Source: an uncultured virus (IMG/VR IMGVR_UViG_3300020056_001325) (Duplodnaviria; Heunggongvirae; Uroviricota; Caudoviricetes). From it: DNA of 64,000 nt. Position 1 is the first letter of the stretch. Every line of letters starts with the position of its first letter. This document shows, one piece after another, positions 56,565 to 64,000 of this stretch. The stretch lies in the IMG/VR virus record IMGVR_UViG_3300020056_001325; one strand, given 5' to 3'. The notes under the pieces are model-generated. The model worked only from the letters and a program-made list of their open reading frames with translations. It was not told the DNA's origin and ran no database searches. Position numbers and translations under genes: made by a program.

Positions 56565-57116
56565 ATGGATTGGAGTCAAGTAAACGAAGATCGTAAAAAT
56601 CTAAACGTTGCTGTTTATCGTAATGCTTTTCCCGATGCAAAAAACGATATTAATTTTGAAACTCTTGTAGAAGTAAATCAATACAAAGCAACAATTACTA
56701 ATGTCGATGAATTAGCAAGAGGCGGATCGCACTTGCCCGATGTTGGATCTGATAAGAGATTGCAAAAGTATATGCTTGACTTCCAATCAAACTATGATCG
56801 ACACGAAACTGAAACTCACTTCAATGCTAGTTTATTTTACAGCATGAGTGACACACACAATAGTTTAATGCTTCATAATGACTATGAAACTGTATTACTA
56901 ATTCAAGGATACGGACAGGTTGCTTACTTAGTAACTGATAAAGATACTCAAGAAAAAACAATCTACACACTAAATCCGGGTGATGCAATTTTATTACCAA
57001 GACTAACAAATCACAAACCTATGATTATAGGTCCAAGGGTAACGTTAAGTTTGGGTGCTAATCCTATGAAAGCAATGAATACTAAATCATACGGTCCAGT
57101 AAATACATCAATGTAA
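56565..57116 (+). CDS. cupin/JmjC-like protein
   Basis: HND..VLLIQGYG..LNPGDAILLP...H..PRVTLS; ATG 56565 after SD GAGG. Confidence 0.7.
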   Translation: MDWSQVNEDRKNLNVAVYRNAFPDAKNDINFETLVEVNQYKATITNVDELARGGSHLPDVGSDKRLQKYMLDFQSNYDRHETETHFNASLFYSMSDTHNSLMLHNDYETVLLIQGYGQVAYLVTDKDTQEKTIYTLNPGDAILLPRLTNHKPMIIGPRVTLSLGANPMKAMNTKSYGPVNTSM

Positions 57117-57126
57117 GGAGGGCACA

Positions 57127-57828
57127 GTGGCTAACTATGTTGTTTGCTTAAAATACGGTAACAAATATAGTGCTGAGTATGTAAACACTTTGCATAGTAT
57201 GGTTAGTCGTAATCTAACAGTACCTCATACCTTTGTCTGCTTTACAGAAGATGCTACAGGAATCAACCCGGGCATACAAGTTATGCCTATTCAAAAGCAT
57301 CCTGAAATTAATGGTTGGTGGTACAAGACTATGTTCTTTAATCCTAATTTAGGAATACATGGTACAGTACTTTATATTGATCTAGATGTTATTATCTTTG
57401 ATAACATAGATAAACTGTTTACATATAAGGCAGGTGAGTTCTGTGTTATTAGAGATTTTAATAGATCAATGCAATCGACATGGTCTCGAATGAACTCTAG
57501 TATATTTAGATTAGAAACAGGACAACACAAGGTTGTATATCAAAGGTTTATGGAACAGCCTGGATATCATTCAAAAAGATATCATGGAGATCAAGATTGG
57601 CTATATGAAAATGTTCGTTCAGAATTTAACTTTTGGCCTGACGAATGGATACAAAGTTATAAATGGGAAATGCGTGGCAGACCCGAAATGACACGTATTA
57701 CAGGTAAACGCAACTTTGTCTCTCCTGGCGTACCAAAAATTCTACCCGAAACAAGTGTTGCAGTTTTTCATGGTGATCCGAATCCAAAAGATTGCATTGA
57801 TCCTTGGTGCAAAGAAAATTGGAAATAG
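57127..57828 (+). CDS. glycosyltransferase (GT-A fold)
   Basis: CLKYGNKY, GWWYK, YIDLDVII, NSS, GDQDW, VFHGDPNP. Confidence 0.85.
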   Translation: MANYVVCLKYGNKYSAEYVNTLHSMVSRNLTVPHTFVCFTEDATGINPGIQVMPIQKHPEINGWWYKTMFFNPNLGIHGTVLYIDLDVIIFDNIDKLFTYKAGEFCVIRDFNRSMQSTWSRMNSSIFRLETGQHKVVYQRFMEQPGYHSKRYHGDQDWLYENVRSEFNFWPDEWIQSYKWEMRGRPEMTRITGKRNFVSPGVPKILPETSVAVFHGDPNPKDCIDPWCKENWK

Positions 57829-57831
57829 GAC

Positions 57832-57860
57832 TTGACTTTTCAAACAAAGTTAGTTATAAT
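57832..57860 (+). promoter_or_regulatory. sigma70-type promoter
   Basis: TTGACT-N17-TATAAT. Confidence 0.75.
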
Positions 57861-57868
57861 ATAGTCAT

Positions 57869-58534
57869 ATGATTAGTAAAAAAGTCAAAAAACAAATAAC
57901 ATATTTTCTTGCAGGTGTAGTTGTGATTATTTCTACATTTGGGCTAGGCACTTGGTTTCCTAATCATTGGATTACAGACAAATGGACTGCTAAAATGCAA
58001 AAAGCATTTGCAAACGAATGGTCTGAGTTTGGATTTTTAGAACCTGCAATTGATTATACTACCGACGAACAATTTGTTAAAGGTGTTGCTCGTTGTGTTG
58101 ACTTTTGGAACTTAGGTATTGAACCTAGAGAAAGAATTCATAGAGATATTATTATAGCAATGGCTGTGCTTGAAACAGGCTATGGCAAAAGTAGATTTGC
58201 AAGAGATGGAAATAACCTTTTTGGCATTAGAACCTGGGATCCTAACGTACCTCAATTAAAACCGATTGACTTACCTGATGCCGACTTTGGTGTTAAAAAG
58301 TATAGAAGTAAATGTGCAAGTGTTAAAGACATGATTAGAATTATTAACACCCATCCGGCTTACACAGAATTTAGAGCAGAACGTGTAAAACAATTTAACG
58401 ATCACAATTTTGATATAGATAAACAAATAGATTTTTTAAACAAGTGGAGTACTAATCCTGATTATACAACACTTGTAAAAGATAGAGCAAAGAAAATTCA
58501 TATATATTTAGACGGACAACAAAATGAAAATTAA
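57869..58534 (+). CDS. glucosaminidase-family peptidoglycan hydrolase with N-terminal TM anchor
   Basis: AMAVLETGYGKSRFA.DGNNLFGIRT, HPAY..FR, WSTNPDY. Confidence 0.85.
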   Translation: MISKKVKKQITYFLAGVVVIISTFGLGTWFPNHWITDKWTAKMQKAFANEWSEFGFLEPAIDYTTDEQFVKGVARCVDFWNLGIEPRERIHRDIIIAMAVLETGYGKSRFARDGNNLFGIRTWDPNVPQLKPIDLPDADFGVKKYRSKCASVKDMIRIINTHPAYTEFRAERVKQFNDHNFDIDKQIDFLNKWSTNPDYTTLVKDRAKKIHIYLDGQQNEN

Positions 58535-58676
58535 AATAGAACTTGATCTTGATACAGACAAGCCAAGTGACATAGACCTAGTTGAAGATGTTATTGAACA
58601 ACTTTATACAATTCGTAACATTTTAGAAAAACCGCAAGAACGTAAACCTAAGCCACAAGTAAGGAAAAAGCAGTAA
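58524..58676 (+). CDS. small hypothetical protein (50 aa)
   Basis: Read manually: MKIKIELDLDTDKPSDIDLVEDVIEQLYTIRNILEKPQERKPKPQVRKKQ; fills the gap exactly. Confidence 0.65.
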   Translation: MKIKIELDLDTDKPSDIDLVEDVIEQLYTIRNILEKPQERKPKPQVRKKQ

Positions 58677-59378
58677 ATGGAAAGATTCATATTTGACGTG
58701 GACGGTACTCTGACTCCGAGTCGTCAAAAAATGAACGTTGAGTTTCAACGTTGGTTTTTAGAATTTACATATTCAAATAATGTATATCTTGTAACAGGCA
58801 GTGATTACGAAAAAACTGTTGAACAAATTGGTTCTGACATTTGCGAAAATGTTAAAAAAGTTTACAACTGTTCAGGCAGTGATGTTTACGAAGCAGGAAC
58901 TAATGTTTATACAACAGATTGGAAATTACCTGAAATAGCAGAACAGTTTTTAACACAATGCATGAACGAAAGCGAATTCCCACTACGTACAGGACTACAC
59001 TTTGAGCATAGACCTGGTATGTGTAATTTTAGTGTAGTAGGACGTAATGCTACTGTAGGTGAACGTAAACTATATGTAGAGCATGATTTAAGGATAAACG
59101 AACGAGATAGAATAGCAAGAGCGTTCGAAACTATGTTCCCAGAGATAAGTGCTAAGGTTGGCGGTGAAACAGGCATTGATGTTTTTCCAAAAGGCAATGA
59201 CAAATCACAAATCTTAAGAGATTTTAGTCCAAATGATACACTACACTTTTTTGGTGATGCTATGTATCCTGAAGGAAATGACTATCCTTTGAAAAAACAA
59301 ATCATTGACAACGATCTAGGAATTTGCTATAATATTAAAAACTGGGAAGACACATGGAATCGACTACGAAACGTATAG
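58677..59378 (+). CDS. HAD-IIB phosphomannomutase-like protein
   Basis: FDVDGTLT, VTGSD, NFSVVGR, GGETGIDVFPKG.DK, FFGD...GNDY. Confidence 0.88.
   Translation: MERFIFDVDGTLTPSRQKMNVEFQRWFLEFTYSNNVYLVTGSDYEKTVEQIGSDICENVKKVYNCSGSDVYEAGTNVYTTDWKLPEIAEQFLTQCMNESEFPLRTGLHFEHRPGMCNFSVVGRNATVGERKLYVEHDLRINERDRIARAFETMFPEISAKVGGETGIDVFPKGNDKSQILRDFSPNDTLHFFGDAMYPEGNDYPLKKQIIDNDLGICYNIKNWEDTWNRLRNV
59305..59333 (+). promoter_or_regulatory. consensus sigma70 promoter embedded in the PMM gene, ahead of uvsE
   Basis: TTGACA-N17-TATAAT with extended -10 TG. Confidence 0.8.
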
Positions 59379-60373
59379 GCTTTGCCTGCAAATATATGCA
59401 TCCTGATCAAACGCAGAAGAAGAAACTGCTAGAGGAGATTCAACGACCGTTAAATACAAAAGCAACAACTGTTGCTTGGTTGAATAGGCAAACACGTGAT
59501 GTTGCTGAACAGCGTCTATGGGACATTATGGTTCATAACATACAAAGTTATTGGAACCTTGTTAACTATGTAGGAGGACTACCGAATGAATTACGTATGG
59601 TTAGGTTGGGAAGTGACGTCCTACCTGTTTATACTGAGCCTACTTGGAGTTATTTCTGGCGCAAGCCTGATGTACGACAATATTGTGAAAGGAACTTGGC
59701 TCACGTCGGCGCAAAGGCTCGTGAACTGGATGTTAGGCTTTCTATGCATCCTGGTCAGTTTACTGTACTTGCGTCAGATAATCCTGATATCGTTGAACGG
59801 AGCATAGAAGAATTTGAGTATCACATTGACATCGCCAGGTGGATGGGTTACGGTAACAATTGGCAAGACTTCAAGTGTAACGTCCACATCTCAGGCAGAC
59901 AAGGTCCAGCCGGTATCATCGACGTCCTTCCAAGACTGTCTCCAGAAGCACGAAACTGTATTACAATTGAAAATGACGAAATGTCCTGGGGCATCGACGC
60001 CAGCCTGGAACTTGCCAACCACGTCGCACTCGTTCTTGACATACACCACCACTGGGTCGCTAGTGGAGAATACATTCAACCCACCGATCGTAGATTTGAT
60101 CGCATAATTGATAGTTGGCGTGGTGTGCGTCCTGTTATTCACTACTCAGTATCACGTGAAGATCTACTTACAGAATGGCCTACAGATGAAATGCCTGATA
60201 TGGAATATCTGCTTATGAACGGTTATAAGAAGCAGAAACTACGTGCTCACTCCGACTTTATGTGGAATTCGGCAGTTAACGAATGGGCTCTTTCATTCCG
60301 TGATCGTGCAGATATTATGGTAGAATCTAAAGCCAAAAACTTAGCCAGCATTAAATTGTACGAATCTATCTAA
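59354..60373 (+). CDS. uvsE: UV-damage endonuclease
   Basis: RIGFAC, RLGSD, RLSMHPGQFTVL, IENDE, LDIHHH, HYS, AHSD, MVESKAK. Confidence 0.92.
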   Translation: MESTTKRIGFACKYMHPDQTQKKKLLEEIQRPLNTKATTVAWLNRQTRDVAEQRLWDIMVHNIQSYWNLVNYVGGLPNELRMVRLGSDVLPVYTEPTWSYFWRKPDVRQYCERNLAHVGAKARELDVRLSMHPGQFTVLASDNPDIVERSIEEFEYHIDIARWMGYGNNWQDFKCNVHISGRQGPAGIIDVLPRLSPEARNCITIENDEMSWGIDASLELANHVALVLDIHHHWVASGEYIQPTDRRFDRIIDSWRGVRPVIHYSVSREDLLTEWPTDEMPDMEYLLMNGYKKQKLRAHSDFMWNSAVNEWALSFRDRADIMVESKAKNLASIKLYESI

Positions 60374-60404
60374 TATAAATATTTCTACACAAAAGGAGAT
60401 ACTT

Positions 60405-60569
60405 ATGTTACAAAAATGGATTAATGCTCGTTTAAAAGAGCGTACAACATTAGACGGTGTAGTATTAGTAGTAGCCGGACTAACTTTTCTTATTTTTAAA
60501 CCTATCGCGGCTCTATTCGCATACGGGGCAATCGCATACGGTGCTTGGACTATTTGGAAGTCCGAATAA
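60405..60569 (+). CDS. small two-TM membrane protein (54 aa)
   Basis: Read manually: MLQKWINARLKERTTLDGVVLVVAGLTFLIFKPIAALFAYGAIAYGAWTIWKSE; TATAAATA and SD AAGGAG. Confidence 0.75.
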   Translation: MLQKWINARLKERTTLDGVVLVVAGLTFLIFKPIAALFAYGAIAYGAWTIWKSE

Positions 60570-60597
60570 TTAGTTAAATGGAGTTGGCATTAAAAAG

Positions 60598-60888
60598 TTA
60601 TAGACTGCTAATGTCAACGTCCATACTATCTACAGGCAAGTTTAATTTCTTTCGTTGTTGCACACCTTTTTTCTGTGCAAATCTTTTAGGATCACACTTA
60701 GGGCAAACGTGTGAATAATCATCATTTAAACGTTTAGGATCTACTTGTCCTTTGTCACGGGTAAATTCTTCGTGACAATTATCACATTCGAAGAACACAA
60801 TCGTCTTCTTACGTTTATAAGGATGGTGCTGACCCTTCTTACCTTTACGTAGGTAGTACTGAATTTTTTGCTCGGTTCTTAAAAACAT
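60598..60888 (-). CDS. basic zinc-ribbon protein
   Basis: CDNC...CPKC; start reassigned to ATG 60888 after minus-strand TATAAATA. Confidence 0.7.
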   Translation of the reverse strand: MFLRTEQKIQYYLRKGKKGQHHPYKRKKTIVFFECDNCHEEFTRDKGQVDPKRLNDDYSHVCPKCDPKRFAQKKGVQQRKKLNLPVDSMDVDISSL

Positions 60889-60956
60889 AACACATATATT
60901 TATAATTACATTAAGATTATAGAAATAAAGGTAAATAACAATGAGAGGTTTTAAAA

Positions 60957-61280
60957 ATGACAGTAGTAACATTAACTGATTCTGCAAAAGAACATCTAAA
61001 CAGTATGCTTAAAGAGCATCAAAAACCAGCCGTAAAACTATCCTTAAAAGGTGGTGGCTGTGCAGGATTCATGTATGATTGGTCATTAGAGGACACGCTA
61101 GAAGATAACGATGAAGTAATTGATCTAGAAAATGGCAAGTTTGCTATAGATAGTACAAGTATTATGTATTTGATAGGATCAACAGTTGATTACAAAAAAG
61201 AATTATTTGGATCTTACTTCAACATTACAAATCCTGCTTCAACATCAAGTTGCGGTTGTGGGGAATCAATAGGACTTTAG
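60957..61280 (+). CDS. HesB/IscA-family Fe-S assembly protein
   Basis: LTDSA, GGGCAGF.Y, NP...SCGCGES. Confidence 0.92.
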   Translation: MTVVTLTDSAKEHLNSMLKEHQKPAVKLSLKGGGCAGFMYDWSLEDTLEDNDEVIDLENGKFAIDSTSIMYLIGSTVDYKKELFGSYFNITNPASTSSCGCGESIGL

Positions 61281-61289
61281 GAATAGCAA

Positions 61290-64000
61290 ATGGCAAAACA
61301 GATTATTAACATTGGTACAGAGGGTAACGATAATACCGGTGACGCGATACGTGAAGCGTTTAATAAAGTAAACGAAAACTTTACAGAACTATACGCAGTA
61401 TTTGGTATCGGTGGACAAATTAACTTTACAAGTTTAAGTGATGTTCCGTCAGTATTAACACCATATACAGTACCAATGGCAAACGCACAAGGTAGTGCAA
61501 TTGAAATGAAGACTTTGGTTGCTGGCCAAGGTATGACAATCCAAACAACAAGTCCAGAACAGATTGTTATTTCAAATACAAGTTCAGTTGTTAGTACAGA
61601 CGGTGTTCCAAGTTTAGGTGGTCCTCTAAATGCGGCAAACCAGGCTATTGCTAACGCGGCAGTTTCACAAGCCGCTGTAAACTCGTTAAACTCTGCACAT
61701 GGTACTAACTTTGATATTGATGATCTTGTAATTACCAAAGGGTATGCAGATAGTAGATTTTTAAGAAGTGCTGGGTCACCAGGTGCTGAAGGACAAGTTC
61801 GTGTACGTACAGAGCCTGCCGATGCTTCAAGTTATACTTTTGTAATTAGCAGTTACGCAAATGGTAATATTGTTGTTAATGGTGGACACGGATTTACTTC
61901 TACATCAAATGGTATTGCATACAAGTATAATTCAACAGGAACTGATGCAACTGGTTTAGTTAGTGGTAATACATATTACTTACGCTTTGTAAGTGACACA
62001 CAATTAAGTGTTCATACAACTCTTGATGAAGCACAAAATAACGACGACGAAACTAGAGTTAAAATTAGTTTAACTACAGGAACAGGTACTGGTACGCAGT
62101 CAATGACTGATGCCGAGTATGATTCAAGTTTACAAGGCTTCTTTATTAGTACAGAAGCAATGCCAAGACAAAGTGTTGTTCGTAGACAAGGCGACACAAT
62201 GGTTGGTGCATTAACATTACATGATCATCCAGGTTCATTTGCAGGTGCAGGTACACCAAATGGTGAAACAGATTTACAAGCGGCTACAAAACTTTATGTA
62301 GACAATAGTGCGTTTCCATCCGTTGCTAATTTATATGTTGCAACAAGTGGTGACGACAGCATGGCTAATGTTCCAGTTGGTCAAGAAGGTAGAGCATGGA
62401 ACTATGCTTACAAAACACTGGCGGCGGCCTGTGCTAAAGCAGAAGAAATTATTGATACTTCACCATTGGGCGTTGGACCATATGTACAAGACATTACATA
62501 CAATAATGGTGCAGGAAAAAGTCTTGTTACAGATTCGGGTGTTACTACATCAAGCGGTTACGAAGAAGTTAAAATTCTAACAGACCTAAACAGAAAATTC
62601 TTAATTGAAGAAACTATTGCATATCTCGATGAAACATATCCATCGTTGTTATATGATAGAGAACTATGCCGCAGAGACCTAGGACTTATTGCAGATGGTA
62701 TTGTTCTTGATGTTCTTGATAGCACACTTGCAAACTACCACAGTAGAAATGCTGGTTTAAGATACTACAGTTCAGCAAGTGGTCAAATTGCAAGAAGAAC
62801 TCAGTTAACAGAAACTATTGCTTCTCTTAACTTTGCAAAACAGTTACACGCAAAAATTATTACTAATACACTAGAAACAAATCTTTACCAATCTACATAT
62901 ACACAACAAGTTGACACTAACCAAACTGTCGATCTAGTTGGTCAAACATCAGTTGGTGCTAAATGGGATATTATTAAAACTATTATTGTTGGTCCTGATT
63001 ATAAAACAGCGGCTCCACAACTTGTTGAAGGTAGTACTTGGACAATACACATTTCACATGGCGGACAAGGTTATGTTGATCAAAACGTTGTTACAAACCA
63101 AGACTTAATTCCAGGTAAACTTATTATTGGTAAGCAGTCAGGTGCAGTTGGTAGAATTGTGTCTGTTGACAGAGACGGTGATGTTGGTGTTGCTGATATT
63201 ATTGAACTTGAATTATTAGAACCAAAAGAATTTGTTGTTGGTGAAGAATTACAATATGGCAGTAGATTAACAATTAAGAATATTAGTATCCACATTGAAA
63301 GTGGAACTTACTTTGAACACTTCCCAATTAAAGTTCCAGTAGGTGTTTCACTAAAAGGTGACGAATTTAGACGTGTTATTGTTAAACCAAAAGATGGTGT
63401 TTCACAGTCACGTTGGGCAGAAACATACTTCTATAGAGAGCCCGAGTTTGACGGATTGGATTTAAAAGCATCTTACAATCCAGATGCTATTTCACTATTA
63501 GAAGATAATAAAGAATATATTAAAGACGAAACTATTGCTTGGATTAATTACCAAATATCTTTAAACACAGGAATTTGGTCAGGGTTTACGTACGATGCAC
63601 AGAAATGTGAAAGAGATACAGGACTTATTTTAGATGGTATCATTTATGATCTAAAATGGGGTGGAAATGAAAAGACACATTTTAATGCTTCACGCTATTA
63701 TGAAGGTACTTCAAGTTTAATTAATGGACAAGAAGGGCAAACTGCGGCGGCAATTGACTTTACAAGAGATCTAGTAACAGATTATATTTTAACAAATACT
63801 GCATACGGATCTTTACAGTCTAAAACTACACAAACAATTTCTGGTACAAACGGCGAAGCGGCGGCGTCTACACAAGTAGATACATTAATGGGTATCATTA
63901 GTAATGTTATTCAAAATGGTCTATCTGTTTTACCTGCACTCGATTCAACTAGTTATGGTTATCATTACTTAAGAGATCATACTTCTGTAACAGACATTGG
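61290..64000 (+). CDS. large virion structural (baseplate/fibre) protein, truncated by the window end
   Basis: Read manually from ATG 61290: MAKQIINIGTEGNDNTGDAIREAFNKVNENFTELY (T4 gp9/gp10-like N-terminus); absent from the ORF track, apparently because it has no stop in the window. Confidence 0.85.
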   Translation, partial: MAKQIINIGTEGNDNTGDAIREAFNKVNENFTELYAVFGIGGQINFTSLSDVPSVLTPYTVPMANAQGSAIEMKTLVAGQGMTIQTTSPEQIVISNTSSVVSTDGVPSLGGPLNAANQAIANAAVSQAAVNSLNSAHGTNFDIDDLVITKGYADSRFLRSAGSPGAEGQVRVRTEPADASSYTFVISSYANGNIVVNGGHGFTSTSNGIAYKYNSTGTDATGLVSGNTYYLRFVSDTQLSVHTTLDEAQNNDDETRVKISLTTGTGTGTQSMTDAEYDSSLQGFFISTEAMPRQSVVRRQGDTMVGALTLHDHPGSFAGAGTPNGETDLQAATKLYVDNSAFPSVANLYVATSGDDSMANVPVGQEGRAWNYAYKTLAAACAKAEEIIDTSPLGVGPYVQDITYNNGAGKSLVTDSGVTTSSGYEEVKILTDLNRKFLIEETIAYLDETYPSLLYDRELCRRDLGLIADGIVLDVLDSTLANYHSRNAGLRYYSSASGQIARRTQLTETIASLNFAKQLHAKIITNTLETNLYQSTYTQQVDTNQTVDLVGQTSVGAKWDIIKTIIVGPDYKTAAPQLVEGSTWTIHISHGGQGYVDQNVVTNQDLIPGKLIIGKQSGAVGRIVSVDRDGDVGVADIIELELLEPKEFVVGEELQYGSRLTIKNISIHIESGTYFEHFPIKVPVGVSLKGDEFRRVIVKPKDGVSQSRWAETYFYREPEFDGLDLKASYNPDAISLLEDNKEYIKDETIAWINYQISLNTGIWSGFTYDAQKCERDTGLILDGIIYDLKWGGNEKTHFNASRYYEGTSSLINGQEGQTAAAIDFTRDLVTDYILTNTAYGSLQSKTTQTISGTNGEAAASTQVDTLMGIISNVIQNGLSVLPALDSTSYGYHYLRDHTSVTDI

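Noticed and set aside
61277..63295. Several short track ORFs at the window end
   Set aside because: All lie within the long + strand structural gene starting at 61290
1..64000. CRISPR array, rRNA, transposase/integrase, introns or inteins (e.g. in nrdA, nrdB, ligase)
   Set aside because: No regularly spaced repeats or such motifs seen; nrdA, nrdB and ligase are uninterrupted and of normal length
1..64000. Alternative genetic code (stop-codon reassignment)
   Set aside because: Known genes are full length in the standard code, TAA, TAG and TGA all end genes, and no suppressor tRNA is present
1..64000. Interpretation as a bacterial chromosome because of dnaK, iscU, rpsU, guaC and ssrA
   Set aside because: These genes lack their normal operon partners and are interspersed with virion genes, T4-like late motifs and phage orphans

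Overview
This window is a dense, AT-rich, mostly + strand segment of a large T4-like (myovirus-type) dsDNA phage. Support for that call: TAAATA late-promoter-like motifs, near-consensus sigma70 early promoters, class Ia nrdAB plus glutaredoxin, DNA ligase, tail-fibre/baseplate genes and many orphan ORFs. A permuted two-piece tmRNA, ROSE-type RNA thermometers and a hemO/pcyX-type bilin cassette suggest a marine alphaproteobacterial host (inference). The auxiliary load is heavy: iscU, iscA-like, ugd-like, guaC, queD, dnaK, sHsp, clpS, clpP-like, csp, two bS21 genes, four tRNAs, a porin, three lipoproteins, uvsE, PMM and about ten 2OG-Fe(II)/cupin oxygenases. The most notable signals not explained by the ORF track are: (1) a permuted tmRNA with a 30-aa tag; (2) a flavin-dependent halogenase translationally coupled between heme oxygenase and a bilin reductase; (3) two probable -1 frameshifts at A9 runs; (4) a duplicated, covarying ROSE-like leader in front of dnaK and the sHsp; (5) a nucleotidyltransferase plus RNA-ligase-like pair carrying a capsid-targeting-like N-terminal motif shared by about ten proteins; (6) a pseudoknot-like leader in front of queD; (7) apparently leaderless late genes; (8) a dual-coding region. 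All calls are by eye and no database searches were run.
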